DNA of 64,000 bases from the human T2T-CHM13v2.0 reference genome, Homo sapiens (GCF_009914755.1 NC_060947.1), one strand, 5' to 3'. Shown: positions 25,912-41,589, numbered from the stretch's first letter. Notes: generated by a model from the letters alone, not told the origin. Translations and numbers: made by a program.

Positions 25912-28519
25912 TCAAGAAATGGGATTCATCACTTAAACAGAACTAAATATAAAACCCACAAAATTTTCTCAATAGGTGCAGAAAAGGCTTTTGATAAAAT
26001 TCAACACTCCTTTGTGTTAAAAACTATCAATAAACTAGGTATTGAATGAACATACCTCAAAATAATAAGAGACATATGTGACAAATCCACAGCCAATATC
26101 ATGCCAAATAGGCAAAAGCTGGAAGCATTCCCCTTTCAAACCTGCACAAGAAAATGATGCTCTCTCACCACTCCTATTCAATATAGTATTGAAAGTTATT
26201 GCCAGGGCAGCCAAGTAAGAGAAAGAAATAAAAGGCATCCAAATACCAAGAAAGGAAGTCAAACTATCCCTGTCTGCAGATGACATAATTCTCTATATAG
26301 AAAACCTCATAGCCTCAGCCCAAAAGCTTCTTAAGCTTATAAACAACCTCAGTGAAGTCTCAGGATACAAAATCAATGTGCAAATATCTCTAGTATTCCT
26401 ATACACCAACAACAGTTAACCCAACAGCCAAATCAGGAATGTACTCCAATTTACAATAGCCATAAAAATAATAAAATACCTAGGAATACAACTTACAAGG
26501 GGCATGAAGTACCTCTTCAAGGAGAACTACAAACTACTGCTCAAGGAAATAAGACAGGACACAAACAAATGGAAAAACATTCCATGCTCATGGATAGGAA
26601 GAATCAATATCATGAAAATGGCAATAATGCCCAAAGCAATTTACAGATTTGATGCTATTCCTATTAAACTACCATTGACATTCTTCCCAGAAATAGAGAA
26701 AACTATTTTAACATTCACATGGAACCAAAAAAGAGCTCGAATAGCCAAGGCAGTCCTAAGCAAACAGAACAATGCTGGAGACATCACACTACCAGACTTC
26801 AAACCATGCTACAAGGCTACAGTAAATGAAACAACATGGTACAGGTACAAAAACAGACACATAGAGCAATGGAATAGAATAGGGAACCCAGAAATAAGAC
26901 CACACACCTACAATTATCTGATCTTTGACAAACCTGACAAAAACAACAATGGGGAAACAATTCCCTATTCAATAAATAGTGCTGGAATAACTCCTAATGT
27001 CATATGCAGAAGATTAAAACTGGACCCCTTCCTTACACCATATATAAAAATTAACTCAAGATAGATTAAGGACTTAAATGTAAAACCCCAAACTATAAAA
27101 ACCCTGGAAGACAACCCAGGCAGTACCATTTAGGACATAGGCATGGGCAAAGATTTCATGACACCAAAAGCAATTGCAACAAAAGCAAAAATTGACAAAT
27201 GGGATCTCATTAAACTAAAGAGCTTGTGCACAGCAAAATAAACTATCAACAGAGTAAACAAACAATCTACAGGATGGGAGAAAAATTTTGCAAACTATGC
27301 ATCTGACAATGGTCTAATATCCAGAATCTATAGGAAGCTTAAACAAATTTACGAGAAAAAAGCAACTCCATTGAAAAGTGGGCAAATTATGGGAAGAGAC
27401 ACATTTCAAAAGAGGACATACATTCAGCCAACAATCACATGAAGGAAAGCTCAATATCACTGATCATTACAGAAATGCAAAACAAAACTACAATGAGATA
27501 TCATCTCACACCACTCAGAATAGCTATTAGTAAAAAGTCAAAAAATAACAGATACTGGCAAGATTGTGGAGAAAAAGGAATGCTTATATCCTGTTGGTGG
27601 AAGTGTAAATTAATTCAAGCATTGTGGAAGACAGTGTGGTGATTCCTCAAACACCTAAAGACAGAAATACCATTAGACCCAGCAATCCCATTACTGGGTA
27701 TATACCTAAAGGAATATAAATTATTCTATTATAAAGACACATGCCTGCATATGTTCATTACAATCCCATTCACAATAGTAAAAACATGGAATCAACATAA
27801 ATGCCCATCAATGATAGACCTTTTAAAGAAACTGTGGTACATATACACCTTGGAATACTATGCAGCAATAAAAATAATAAGATCATGTTCTTTGCAAGGA
27901 CATGGATGGAGCCGGAGGTCATTATCCATAGCAAACTAACACAGGTACAGAAAACCAAATACTGCATGTTCTCCCTTACAAATGGAAGCTAAATTATGAG
28001 AATACATTGACACATAGAGGGGAACAACACCCACAAGGGCCTATTGGAGGGTGAAGGGTGAGAGGAAGGAGAGGATCAGAAAAAATAACTAATGGGTACC
28101 ATGCTTAATACCTTGGTGATGAAGTAATCTGTACAACAAACCCCCATGAGACAAGTTTACCTATGTAACAAACCTGCTCATGCAACCCTCAACTTAAAAT
28201 AAAAGTAAAAAAATGCAGTATAATCAAAAGAATACCCTAAACTCTGTATTACTTATTTTTTATTTTGTAATAAGGCAAAATTGCTATCATATTTGACATT
28301 CTACCTACCCCAGAAAATCCTGGTATTTAATGAAAAGTAAAAATTAATAACTAAATAAATTCCATTTTTGGTTCAAAAAATACCAAGCAAGTTTATGCAT
28401 TAACAAGGCTGGATTTCTTTATAACCTAAGCAATTTCTCAAGGTAGACACGAGAGATAAAACATTTATGAAGACTAGTAATAACCACCATTTTCTATTTT
28501 ATTCAGACATACAGGAATG

Positions 28520-29040
28520 TATGTTCTGGCTTAATTACCTATGGGCTCTGTGTCCTTAGGCAAGTTACTTTAATTCTCTGAACCCCAGTTTTCTAAAAAA
28601 TAGTGTATATTATACTTCTCTGGTATGTTGAAAAGATAAAATGAGATAAAGATATAAAGCAACGGGTGACTGGCACATAAAACTACCAGTTTCATTTCTA
28701 CTTCCCCTTATTCTTTTAGCTCTACCTAATATTTCTTCATAAACATGTATTGTAAGACACATACACATAACAAAACACATTACTATCCTTCTTATTTGAA
28801 GATGGTAGAGTTGTCAGAAGCTTGGATTTTCAAATCAAACAGATCTACTGTCTAACTCTAGCTTCTCCACTTAGTAACTCTGAGTCAGTTCCTTAACTTT
28901 TCGAACCTGCAGTTTCCTCATCTATAAATAGAAATGATAACAGAACCTGCCTCTTAAAGTTGTTGTTAAATGGGACAAGCAAGTAAAAGACACTGACTGT
29001 TCCAATAGCTGGAAGTACACAATAAATTATTAGCTGTTTT
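28520..29040 (+). mobile_element. Two MIR fragments (~28520-28700, ~28810-29040)
   Basis: ccttaggcaagttactttaattctctgaaccccagtttt; cagtttcctcatctataaatag. Confidence 0.65.
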
Positions 29041-29142
29041 GTACCTATTGCTGTTATTCATAATATAATTATTATTACAATTCATTAGTATTATTCCAGA
29101 TCAATGTTTCCTAACTTCGGGCTGAGGATAAATGAACAACAA

Positions 29143-30444
29143 TTTTTTCAAATTTTATTTTAGATTTAGGAGGTACATGTGCATGTTTGTTACCTGGGTA
29201 TATTGCATGATGCTGAAGTTTAGGGTATGAATGATCACGTCACTCAGGTATTGAGCGTAGTACCCAAAAGTTAGTTTTTCAATCCTTGCCCCCATTCCTC
29301 CTTCTGCCCTCTAGCACTCCCCAGTATCTATTGTTGCCATCTTTATGTCCCTGAATACCAGATGTTTAGCTCTTACTCATAAGTGAGAACATGCAGTACT
29401 TGCTTTTCTGTTTCTATGTTAATTTGTTTATGATAATGACCTCTAGCCCCAACCATGTTGCTACAAAGGACATAATAATGTCACTCATTTTTATGGCTAT
29501 GCAGTAATCCATGGTATATATGTACCACATTTTCTCTATCTAGCCCACCATTGATCAGCACCGAGGTTGATTCTATGTCTTTTCTATTGTGAATAGATGA
29601 AGAGAAGAGTACATATTTCTTTTTGGTAGAACTATTTGTTTTCTTTTGGATGCATACCCTATAATAGGATTGCTGGGTCTAATGGTAGTTCTGTCTTGCG
29701 TTCTTGGAGAAATTGCCAAACTGCTTTCCGCAGTGGATGAATTAATTTACATTCCCACCAATAGTGTATAAACAGTCCCTTTTATTCACAGCCTGGTTAG
29801 CATCTGTTGCTTTTTGACATTTTAATAATTGCCATTCTAACTGGTATGAGACAGTATCTTATTGTGGTTTTGATTTACGTTTCTTTAATGAGCAGTGACA
29901 TGGAGCATATTTTTCAAGTTTCTTGGCCGCTTGTTTATCTTATTTTCAGAAGTGTCTGTTCCTGTCTTTTGCTCATTTTTTAATGGGGTTATTTGTTTTT
30001 GCTTGTTGAATTAAATTCTTTAAAGATTCTGGCTATTAGGCATTTGTTGGATGCATAGTTTGCAAATATTTTCTCCAATTCTGTAGGTCATCTGTTTACT
30101 CTTTTGATAGTTTCTTTTGCTGTGCAAAAGTCCTTTATTTAATTAGGTGCCACTTGCCAATTTTTGCATTTGTTGCAATTGCTTTTGAGGACTTAGTAAT
30201 AAATTAGTTTCCAAGGCCAAAATCCAGAATGATGTTTCCTAGGTTTCTTTCCAGGGTTCTTATAGTTTCAGGTTTACATTTAATATTTAATCCATCTTGA
30301 TTTCATTTTTGTATATGGTGAAAGGTAGGGGTCCAGCTTCATCCTTCTGCATATGGCTAGCCCACTATCCCAACACCATTTATTAAATAAGGAGTCCTTT
30401 CCCCATTGCTTATTTTTGTTCACTTTGTTGAGTATCAGATGGAT
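29143..30444 (-). mobile_element. 5'-truncated L1PA15/16-like element
   Basis: 3' end ttttagatttaggaggtacatgtgcatgtttgttacctggg; ORF2 3' part; approximate TSD aacaaca(a)tttt at ~29135 / 30447. Confidence 0.9.
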
Positions 30445-30875
30445 TAAACAACATTTTATGTGTTTCTTTTTATCAGTTTTTTTAGAGACTTCCTACTCCC
30501 CCACTCATTGCTAGGGTACAAAATAGGGAACATAACTTGATAGCAAAAGAAATATTGTTTTGGATGATGGAATTGTGTGAAAATGTGAGTAACTAATGAA
30601 GAACAATCTCTCCATTAATTGGAGAAGTCCTTCCTTCTAAGCCTGAATCACATGAGGCAGACCACATAGAAGACTCTTTCGTAGTCCCTTCTCCCTTTCA
30701 GAAAAACATATGCCAACTCTGATTAATCTAAGAACAAAATGGAGTGCTAGGTTTGGAGACTGCCTATCCAGGAATACCACCAAAAATCATGGTGCACAAC
30801 TGATTCCATGAAGATACCACTGCTGCTATCACTGAGCACAGATACCACAGCTTGCTACTGATATCAACAATTTGG

Positions 30876-31183
<308 letters not shown>

Positions 31184-32201
31184 CTATCAATTTAACAATT
31201 GCCTCAGGAATTAGTTTAGATGATGGGGAGCTAAAAACAATAATTGCTGTTCCCATACTGGAGTCCCATCTGGTCATTTTGAATGTTTAGGCCTAATTCT
31301 TATGTCAGTTTTGTCTCATATCACTTTTCCTTTGACAATATTGCCCATCACCACCCAATCTCCATGGGCTGGGAATGTAACTGAAAAATCCCTTCACTTC
31401 TTGATTCACATCTTACTCTTTTTTGTCTCTCTACTTTCTCTACTGTTTTTCCATGTCTAAATCACTGAGGCAAATGTAAATAAATGCATTTTTCTTGGGA
31501 AAGTGACTGCAATGAGCTTGCCCATTAAACAACCCTATTATTTTTCTCTCTCTTTAATGAAGATGGATAAATATTATACTGTAGCTTAACAACTTTATTA
31601 GCTATGTGAATTATAGCCCTTTCACTAGAAGTCAAGGTAATTATGTTTAAAAAAAAAAAAAAAGGAGCAATGGGTTTAAGGGAACTTTGGTAGGAACTAG
31701 AGGCAACACCCAATATTGGCATAAGTAATCCATGGTACAAAATCACAAAGCACCAACCAAAGCAACACATTTCACAGGTGGAGGGAGTAGGATGTGCTAG
31801 GCTGCTCTGAACTGGAGTGTGAAATAGATATTAGTCTCCTGGTGCTGCTGAATATGCACAAGGGAAAATGCAACTTAGAGACAACACTAAGCAAGCCTTT
31901 TAATTTGTCGTTTAGTACTTCAGCAGTAGGAAATACAGTATAACTGCTGGGTTGTAGTGAGTCCATGCTCCTATTACTGACAGAGCTTGGCCTTCATAAC
32001 TAAAAATATTTAAAACCCTCCAGAAAACCCCAGAATTTCATGTACTCCTGGTGCATCATTCTGGACTAGAAAGTCCTCAACTGTGCACTGGCTTTTCAAG
32101 CGTATATATTGACATTCTTATTAAGCGATGAGTTAGAGAGTAAGAGGGATGATTTGATTATGTTCAAAAGTAGAATTAACATCCCTCAGCAAATCCCAGT
32201 A

Positions 32202-33407
32202 CAGCCTCATGCCACATAATGACATTTCAGTTAATAATGGGCCACATATATGTAGGTGATCCCATAAGATTATAATGGGGTTGAAAAATTCCTATTACCT
32301 ACTGACATTGTAGCCATTGTAGCATGGTACTGCAAGGTAATGCTCATGTTATACAACTCATGTTTGTGGTAATGCTGGTAAAAACAAACCTACTGTGCTG
32401 CCAGTCATATAAAAGTATAGCACATACAATTATGTACAGTACATAGTACTTAATGATGATAAACAACTATGTTACTGGTTTATGAGTTTGCTATTCTATA
32501 CTTTTTACCATTATATTAGAGTGTACCTGTTCTACTTATAAAAGAAAATTAACTGTAAAACAGCTTCAGGCAGGACCTTCAGGAAGTATTCCAGAAGAAG
32601 ACATTGTTATCATAGGACATGAAAACTCCATGCCCTGAAGATCTTCCAGTGGGATAAGGTGTGGAGGTGAAAGACAGTGATATTGATGATCCTGACCGTA
32701 TGTAGGCCAGGGCTAATGTATGTGTCTTTGTGTCTTAGTTTTTAACAAAAAAAAAAAAAGTTGAAAAAGTGAAAAGAAATTAAGAATTAAAAATAGAAAA
32801 ATGCTTAAAACTAAGGATATAAAGAAAATATTTTTGTACAGCTGTGCAATGTGTTTGCATTTTAAGCTAAGTGTTGTTACAAAAGCCAACAAATTTTAAA
32901 AAATTAAAAATATGTAAAACAAAAACATTACAGTGAGCTAAGTTTAATTTATTATTGAAGAAAGACTGTTATAAATTTAGTGTAGCATAGGTATACAACA
33001 TTTATAAAGTCCACAGCAGTGTAATGTCCTAGGCCTTCATATTCATTCAGCACTCACACACTGACTCACCTGGAACAATTTCCAGTCCTGCAAGCTTCAT
33101 TCATGATAAGTGTCCTATAAAGGTGTATCATTCTTTATTTTTTATACTGTATTTTTACTGTAACTTTTCTAGGTTTAGATATGTTTAGATATGCAAATAT
33201 TGACCATTGTGTTACAATTGCCTACAGTACTCAGTACGGAAATATGCCATAAATGTTTGTAGCATAGGAACAATAGGCTATATACCATATAGCCTAGGAG
33301 TTTAGTGGGCTATACCATCCAGAATTGTGTAAGTACATTCTGTGAGGTTCTCACAATGATGAAATGGCCTAACAATGCATTTCTCAGTCCCTGTAGTTAA
33401 GCGACTG
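32202..33407 (+). mobile_element. Tigger3(b)-like non-autonomous TcMar DNA transposon
   Basis: TA|cag...gccacataatgacattt...cccataagattataatgg start; ...ttaagcgactg|TA end; TA target duplication at 32200-32201 / 33408-33409; ~1.2 kb. Confidence 0.88.
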
Positions 33408-34029
33408 TACTTTAAGGAGCTGCTGAACAAAAGGGACACCTGGCTGCATGTTGAGGGCTTTTTAATTATGTGAAAGGAAATGAAGAGGTTGTGACCTGCT
33501 GTTGGGGGAAGAAGGATATAAAATTTTATTTAGGAGGCACATAATTTGAAGTCATGCCATTTGATTTGATTATTAATTTCTGCCATTTTGGCCTTTACTG
33601 AGGGAAACAAAGTGGCATTTTCTACTATTTCTTGTTGGTTGGTTCTTTCATATAATCTCTTTCGCTAAGAGTCCTCTAGAAAGTAATAAAGATTGTAGCA
33701 CCTAAAATGTTTCTACTCATTTGTTACATAGAAATAAAATAATAAACCATTTTATGCAACAAGCTACAAGAGAAAAAAAAATGCATCATTGAGCAAGATC
33801 ATCAGAATATCACAAAGAAAGCTTGGCTTTCCCAGGTGGTAGTCATTTGTTTCTCTTTTAAAATTAATAGCCAAACAGTTTAGAAACTTCGTCTTCCCTA
33901 CATTCACAGGGTAACATTGGATATTGTACTGCAGTGTTAAAAAGAGGGTTTACCAGATAGTCCAAGACACTAGCGAAAGGGGAGATAAGTTTTGATCAGT
34001 TATAAGAGAAATAGAGGCTTTTTTTGTTA

Positions 34030-34610
34030 ACCGCAACCTCTTTTACCCCTCATATTCCTCTAAATATTAATTATCTTTTCTGCATCTTTTCATTTCCATT
34101 GCTAAAATCTTGGTCTACATTTTTATTCCAACAATTCTCCATCTCCAATTTCTCCTCATTGAAATTCATTGTTGTCTAAGAAATACTACTAAAGTTCAGG
34201 ACTTATTATGACATTATTATACTCAGAAATATTCAGTAGTTCTTCATTACTAATTTAACAAAGTTCACATTCCTTAGTCAAACCTTTGCATGATTTCATT
34301 TTGACTATCTGTCTATTCCCTCTCCCAGAGGATGCTACTTTTAATTAATTCAAACTAAAGTAATTATTTATTCCAATAATAATACATTTTATTGTATAGA
34401 AATTTAGGAGGAAGTTCTAAATCTACTCTCATCGAAGCCTTTCCTAATGTAATCACTACTCTTTCTTCACTCTAATAGCATTCCATTTGTACCATTTATA
34501 GCAGTTAGCACATTCTGACTTGAATTAGAGTTACTTATTTACTGAAAAGTGTGATTTAAACATGGCTGGTGATAAATAAATATTTATTAGATTAATAAAT
34601 GAGTGAATGT
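34030..34610 (-). mobile_element. L2 LINE relic
   Basis: Degraded L2-like text ending ataaataaatatttattagattaataaatgagtgaatg. Confidence 0.45.
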
Positions 34611-35884
34611 ACTTTCAAAGGCCTACCTTTAGACTAGGTCAATGGAAGAGACAGTCTATTTCTTTAATTGAAAGAGATTCTCTTGTGGTCAGCAGGGTCA
34701 CTGAACAATGACAGGTTACTTTCCCAGGATCAGACATCAAGTTGAAATATTATTAACTTGTAGCAATACTGAATATGTGAAAGAACTTCAACATTAAATT
34801 GATGAAAATAATAGACATACTAATCATATTTGAAGATACAGGTATCACTCATAGTTTCTCTATTAATATAGATTAATAGCATAGCAAAATCAATATTACA
34901 AGGGCTTACAGCTGAAGTAGTTCTCATGATGCAAACTACACAAGATATTCAAAGTTTTTTAAAATTTAATATATGCATAAATATCCCTAGAGTTGACAAC
35001 GTTACAGATACAGAGCTGTCAGTTATTCTTTCATTTTCTGGAAAATTTCACTTTGAAAATCTAAAACTGAGCTATAGGAGGGCCTTTTTAAAGAATGTAG
35101 CTATAATTTTTATTTTTGCTTTTAATCTGTTGTTATTCGCAAATAGCTTTTCTTTTGCAACTAATAGTCCTTGTGGGATATATTCCAACAGGGGGAAGAA
35201 AGATCAAAAGACATTTGTGCTAAAAGAATTGTAAACTTGTTTTCAGTGTTCAGTGCGTCTTCTCCCTAAAAGTACAAATTACCAGACAGTGGTAACAAAT
35301 AACTCTGTGATTCTCAATCCAGTTGACCAATAGAGATCACATAACTTCTATTTTTTTAACTAGTGCTTACTGTCATGCAGAGGTTGAAATATGTGCTCCT
35401 CTTCAGAGCAAAGCAACATTTTCTCCTTCAGAGAAAAGTTATTTTAATATAATACATTTATGATGGCTTCAAAGTCATAACCTCTGGGATTCAACTATTG
35501 GCCATGTATTATGAGTTATTTCTTGCAGTACACCCAAGCACTCTTCTTCAAATTTCCATTTTTCTGTCATCATAACATTTGCTGAACACTCATAGAATGC
35601 ATAATGCCATATGAAGAACCAAAGGGGTAGAAATGAAGGCAAATTAATTCTACCCTAACCTATTTACTTGATAACATATCTAAGAGAATACAGTACCTTT
35701 GATAAGGATATTAAAATAGGACTTTAATGCAATCCCTTCTAGTTAGCCTATTCTCTTGACCCAGACCGAATCCCTGCCCTCAAAGATCTCTCTTGCTCCC
35801 CACAAAACTGTGTCTATTAAAGAAAGACATATTCTTAAAGAAATAATATACACACTTTTCCTTAGGTGAGTGATCTTACTCACT

Positions 35885-36110
35885 TCCATATACAATGAGT
35901 GCCATGCATTGTGCCAAATAATTTTTATGGATTCTTTCATTTAATAGTTACAACTCTATGAGACATTTAGTATTTTTCATCATATTATACAGATAAGGAA
36001 ACTGAATCACAAACAGCTTAAATTTCCCAGGGTCACACAGCTGGTAAATGGTCTAGAAATGGATTAAGTCCAAGTTTGTTCAGAGCTTGCACTCTCAGCC
36101 ATTATGTGGC
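35885..36110 (-). mobile_element. MIR SINE
   Basis: tacagataaggaaactgaatcaca...ttcccagggtcacacagctggtaaatgg. Confidence 0.75.
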
Positions 36111-38699
36111 ATCACCTCCCTTCCTAGGAGAAAGCTGTGGTTCGAAGAAAATCAGTCTGAGACACTCATTGGCTAAAGTGCTGCAGAGACCTTTGCTAAC
36201 AGAATACTAGAGAGAGATTCTGAAAACTAAACCAATCACCAATCATGGGGTAAATTCTGAGACTAATGGAAAATTTGATAGCATAAGCACTAAGTTGAGG
36301 ATCCTACCTCAACTCTTCAAGGGCTATACTCTTCCTTCAATTTACATAGTCATGTGGTTTTCAGGATAAACATGCGCAAGCAAAATATACCCCAAAGGCA
36401 ACCTTGACATGCAGTCAATTTAAGAAAAAAAGAACAATTTAACATTTATCTGAAACTTTTCTTCTTCAATACTTTCCACAAACCATTATCTTTGGCACCC
36501 ATTTCAACATAATTAGATAAACAATTACGACAAAACAAAAGCAATAAGAGTAGAAATGGCTCATGGCTTTTATTCCAGTACTTCAGAACATATTACAAGT
36601 ATCTATTAATGCTCAGGTAATATGTATCAGAAATTGCAATGTACCAAGAATGAGAAATTGCAGTACGTCACGTACTTTGTAAAATCTAAACTGAGATGGA
36701 GATTTGATGTGATTGCACATCTGGTGTTTTTCTCTAGTGTATATGTTTGGGTGGGCAGGATTGGGCAAAAATGTTATCATTGATTTGTTCTGGAAAGGGA
36801 ATATTATGCTTAAGTGTTGGTTAGTATGTGTGTTTATACATACCTACAGACAAATCTATACATCTCTCTAAAGTTCTGGTCTCTATCTACAGTATATCAT
36901 GATAAAAATGTTTAGCTCCAAGTAAATGACTGCAATGCAAAAAAATAACTACAAACATATACTGGCAGTAACCGAATTTGTGAAATCCTCTAACATTATT
37001 GGATACAGCCTACTACAATAATTATCCCAAACTTCTGTTACGCTTAACAGTTTTTATGAGAACATTAAAGGAATGCAACAATGTTGTGTTTGCAGGCATC
37101 ATTTCATGTTCCAAAGGCTAATCTAAATCTTGTTTTTTAAAGATTTGTAAATATTGCCCATCGCAAAGTGACTTAGAGACTATGAGCACTATGAAAGCAA
37201 TTATGAAACAATACATTTAATTCATATTAATACAGAGTTTGACTTGCTGTTTGTGAAGACTGAATGAGATAATGCATTCGAATAGGCTTGACACAGTGCC
37301 TACCACATGATGGGAACTCAAAAAATTATGTTTCCTTTCTTACTTCAAGCTATGAGATGCAGCCTAGGCTATTATCACCCTTCTGAAAGTTAACGTGGAT
37401 GAAGGACACATTTCTGTTACTTTTCTGGGATAGACAGCTCTTAATAAGTTACTTTATGTCACTCCTGGCATATGGTAGATAGGTCCTATAATCTCCTGGG
37501 TAGTCTTGATTTGAGGAAGGGGAGGGAGTAACTAGCTCTGATTTTCAGCCACATTTATTCTTCATCTTAGAAACCAAAAGAAAGTATACATAGACCAATG
37601 AATCTATGAAGGCCTGGATTTAAGGTGAATGTCAGGAGGGTAAATGAATAACACAATGGACTTATGTATTTGTGAAACAAACCAAATCTCTTTCACGTGT
37701 GACAAGTCACTGCACAGTTAAGCCTTTTTGGCCTTGTTCACCATAGGTAAACTGGTCGTTGTTATAGGCTATAGTAAAACTTACTTTAGAGGCAAATTTT
37801 ATATCAATTTCTATTTTTGGTACTTTATGAATGTTCCACAGATTATTTACAGTGTTTTAAGCTATTTCTTGAATATAATATCTGGCTTGTTTTTCTTGCT
37901 TTTGGGTCCCTGACTAGTATTGACTTTTAACCTCATCTCAAACTCTATTATTTTATTTTTCTTATGTTCCAATACTGTCAACATCTCTTTGTTCTGGCTC
38001 TAGACTCTGTTATGCCTCTTCACTTCTGGTTTATATTCCTATTTCTGGGATACACTAATGCCTGAAGGCCAGTGTGACATGAACTTACCTGGATAAGATA
38101 CAATACAGATTCCAACACAGTGTGGATGAGAAAAGCTGAAGAATTGGGTCTGATCTATGAAGTCGGAGTCTTCCTGATTAAAAGGAAAGATTGCAACTCT
38201 TGGTATAAAGGACTAATATCCATTGCTTCCATATCTTCTTTGAGTTTCTTTATTGATAGATGTATCATGTCTATCTTACCCAGGCTGAAAAAAAATGAGA
38301 ATAATATTAGCTATAAGTAGTGGAGACACTTTAAAAAGTAGCAATTCATAATTTCATAAAGAGGAAAATAGAAGACTCTTGTTTTGCAGCCTATAAGATC
38401 TTTTCTAATCTTATAATGTAAGATAAGTAATGTCACTGAGCCATAAAATCTCAGTAGGACAGTTTCATATCCTATACACATGCTGTGCATCTTTTCTGCT
38501 TGCAGAGTTCCATTTCAAGCAAACTGGAGGTGCTGACTTAAAAGCCTGAGCCTGTGTGTTTAATCTACATTGTTGGGATTGTCACTCCAGTGGCTGGGGT
38601 ATGCCCTTTTTAAGGAATTTCCTTTAACCTGAAAAAAGATTAATTGACACAAATACAATTTTTTCTCCAAAGAGAGATTGTTTTTCTTCTTAATCATGT

Positions 38700-38917
38700 G
38701 TTTTTGTATTTGTTTGTTTGTTTGTTTTTGACACAGAGTCACATTCTGTCACCCAGGCTGGAGTACAGTGGTGCAAACTCGGTTTACTGCAACCTCTGTC
38801 TCCCAGGCTCAAGCAATTCTCCCAACCCAGACCTGAAAGTAGCTGGGACTAAAGGTGCATGCCACCACACCCAGCCATTTTTTGTATTTTTTGTAGAGAT
38901 GGGGTTTCACTATGTTC
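38700..38917 (-). mobile_element. Partial AluJ (right arm plus part of left arm) with (TTTG)n-degraded tail
   Basis: gacacagagtcacattctgtcacccaggctggagtacagtgg...gtagagatggggtttcactatgtt. Confidence 0.9.
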
Positions 38918-39643
38918 ACTTACTTTTTTTCTTCCTCCTCTTAGCAAGCATTAATTAATTGAGGGCCTATGATGTGCCAGGCACTGTGTTAGGTATTAAA
39001 AGTACAGAGAAGAGTTAAAAATAAATTTGAAGTCTTTGTGGATAGACACACTGGCATAAGTACTTGAAAAACAAATACAACTAAGATGGAGGGGTGCATC
39101 AGGAAATGGATGCTGATCACTATAGCAAATATAAAGGGAATAAATGTAAAGAAATTGCCAGTTTGTGCTTAGAATTGAGGTGAATCTTGCCCCTTGGAGA
39201 AAGCTCTATGTCACGAGTCCTGAAAGAATAAGAATGTTGTATGGGATATAAAATCCAGTTGAAATATACTCATGAGACAGCAAATTATGCACCAAGAGCA
39301 TTTTGCAATTAAAATCATAAAATCCTAAAGTTGAATTTACCTGTAATGATTATATAACTCTACTAAGTGATGAATAGAATTGTCTTTTCTGATTCAGCCA
39401 AGGTTTATCCAGAGCCTTTTTATGGGAGGCTCTTTAGTTACAAATCTTAAGGATAAAAAACTCCCACATAAATGACTCAACCAAAGAATTGTTAAATATT
39501 GAGACTCAATTTGAACATAATTTAGTCATTCATTTCAACAAACAGTATTATGCTGGAGAAGAAGATTATAGGAGGCATTTGGTAGGCACTTTGGGAGATT
39601 CAAGGAGCTTATATTCTATTAGGAGAGATAAGTCATATATTAC

Positions 39644-39720
39644 TTAGATTGAACCACATAACTGCTCCTTATGTGAGTCAAAATGGTTGAATGTTAATGA
39701 TTTCATAAAGTTCAACTTAA
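39644..39720. mobile_element. MADE2-like mariner-derived miniature element, within L2 relics
   Basis: ~77 bp with inverted termini ttagattgaacca / aagttcaacttaa followed by TA. Confidence 0.7.
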
Positions 39721-40330
39721 TACTAAAAGGCAAATCACAAAGGAAAAAACATAACTAATGTAAAAGAGATGCAAAAATACTATCCTAATTGATCAGATAA
39801 AGGAGTAAATATTGTCACCTCGAAGGCAGAGGTGGCAAAGTAGTATTTTGGATAGCTTTTATAGAATATGGGTACAAATTTTATACACAGAAACAAAAAT
39901 GGGTAGAACAGCAGGAACAAATGTATAGAGTTAGTAAAGTGCATCAAGTTTATAGTAAGCAACCTGTAGTTCAACTGGAATGAGGGGCATAGAGATGAAG
40001 GTAAGCCATGAGATATAACATTAGAATGAGCAATGGAAGCAAAACCATAAATAGTCTTGCACACAAAATGATGAGTTTTTAATTCAGTTCAGTAGATAAT
40101 TAGGAGCCTTTGAGGGATTTGTTGTGGCAGGGTTGTACCAAATCAGAGCTGGATCTCAGAAGCTTAATTGTCAGTGATGCACACGATGTATTAATAGTGA
40201 ATGGAATGAAAAGCAAAGGGAAGTGTCAAATATCAGAGTAAAAATGATTAAGAAGCTGGAAATTGTAGAAGATTCAGCCTTCTGATGAGGAACCAAGCAT
40301 ATGACAGCTGCTTATCCACAGACATTCTGA

Positions 40331-40760
<430 letters not shown>

Positions 40761-41059
40761 TAAAATTGGTTCTCATGTAAAAATTATTCTAATAATTCAT
40801 TTACAAAGGGGTATAAATGAGCACTATAGCTTAGTTTGATACTTTTTCTGCTCCTCCTCCATCCGTGGCTCATAGCTCAAAACACCAATCTAGTTGATTT
40901 GGTTACACAGCTGACAGTGGCAATTTCCTCGGTAGTAGAAGAAATAGGGGATTACACTATATGGCTGTTATTTATCCATTGATGTCATTAAAGTATTAAC
41001 TGCAATGTCATTGGATCCATGAGGAGACTTACCAGGAAAAAGAGAATAATACACAGACA

Positions 41060-41470
41060 GGGTTAGAGAATTATCTTAGTAGAGACCCTAGACTTCACTT
41101 TGGTCAACTATCCATTCAAACAATGATTGGATTCTAAAACATTCCTAACAGGTGGTCAGCCCGCCTCAGCTTGAATATGCTTTGGGATGAAGAACACTTT
41201 ACCATCATAGGCAGCCAATTTCATCTCAATTATAATTATTATTACTGATCTTTCTTGTAAGTCTAAATTTGCCCTTCGACTCATTGGTCCAAAGACTATT
41301 CTCTAGGGTGACAGAAGAAGTTTACTCCCTCTTCCAAAGAATATCCCACTAAATATTTGAAAAGAGGTATCATGCAGCCACCAAATCTTCTCTTCCTACA
41401 ATAAAGATCCAACTTATTTAACCCTAAATAGTATAATTTCAAGTTTTCTTATTCTGGTTACTTTCATTTT
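41060..41470 (-). mobile_element. L3/CR1-like relic
   Basis: cagcccgcctcagcttgaatatgc...gggatgaagaacactttacc...ggcagccaatttcat pattern. Confidence 0.4.
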
Positions 41471-41589
41471 GAACATCTCCCAGCTAACCAATCCAAGACT
41501 CCTGAGTTTTATCTAAAAATCAAAGGGCACAAAGGTCAATTGCTCTCAAATCATTTATAAACATGTATTCTGGGGCTGTAATAAAAAGG

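Noticed and set aside
26504-27064. 186-aa ORF
   Set aside because: Remnant of a disrupted L1 ORF2. No L1 in the window is intact or retrotransposition-competent.
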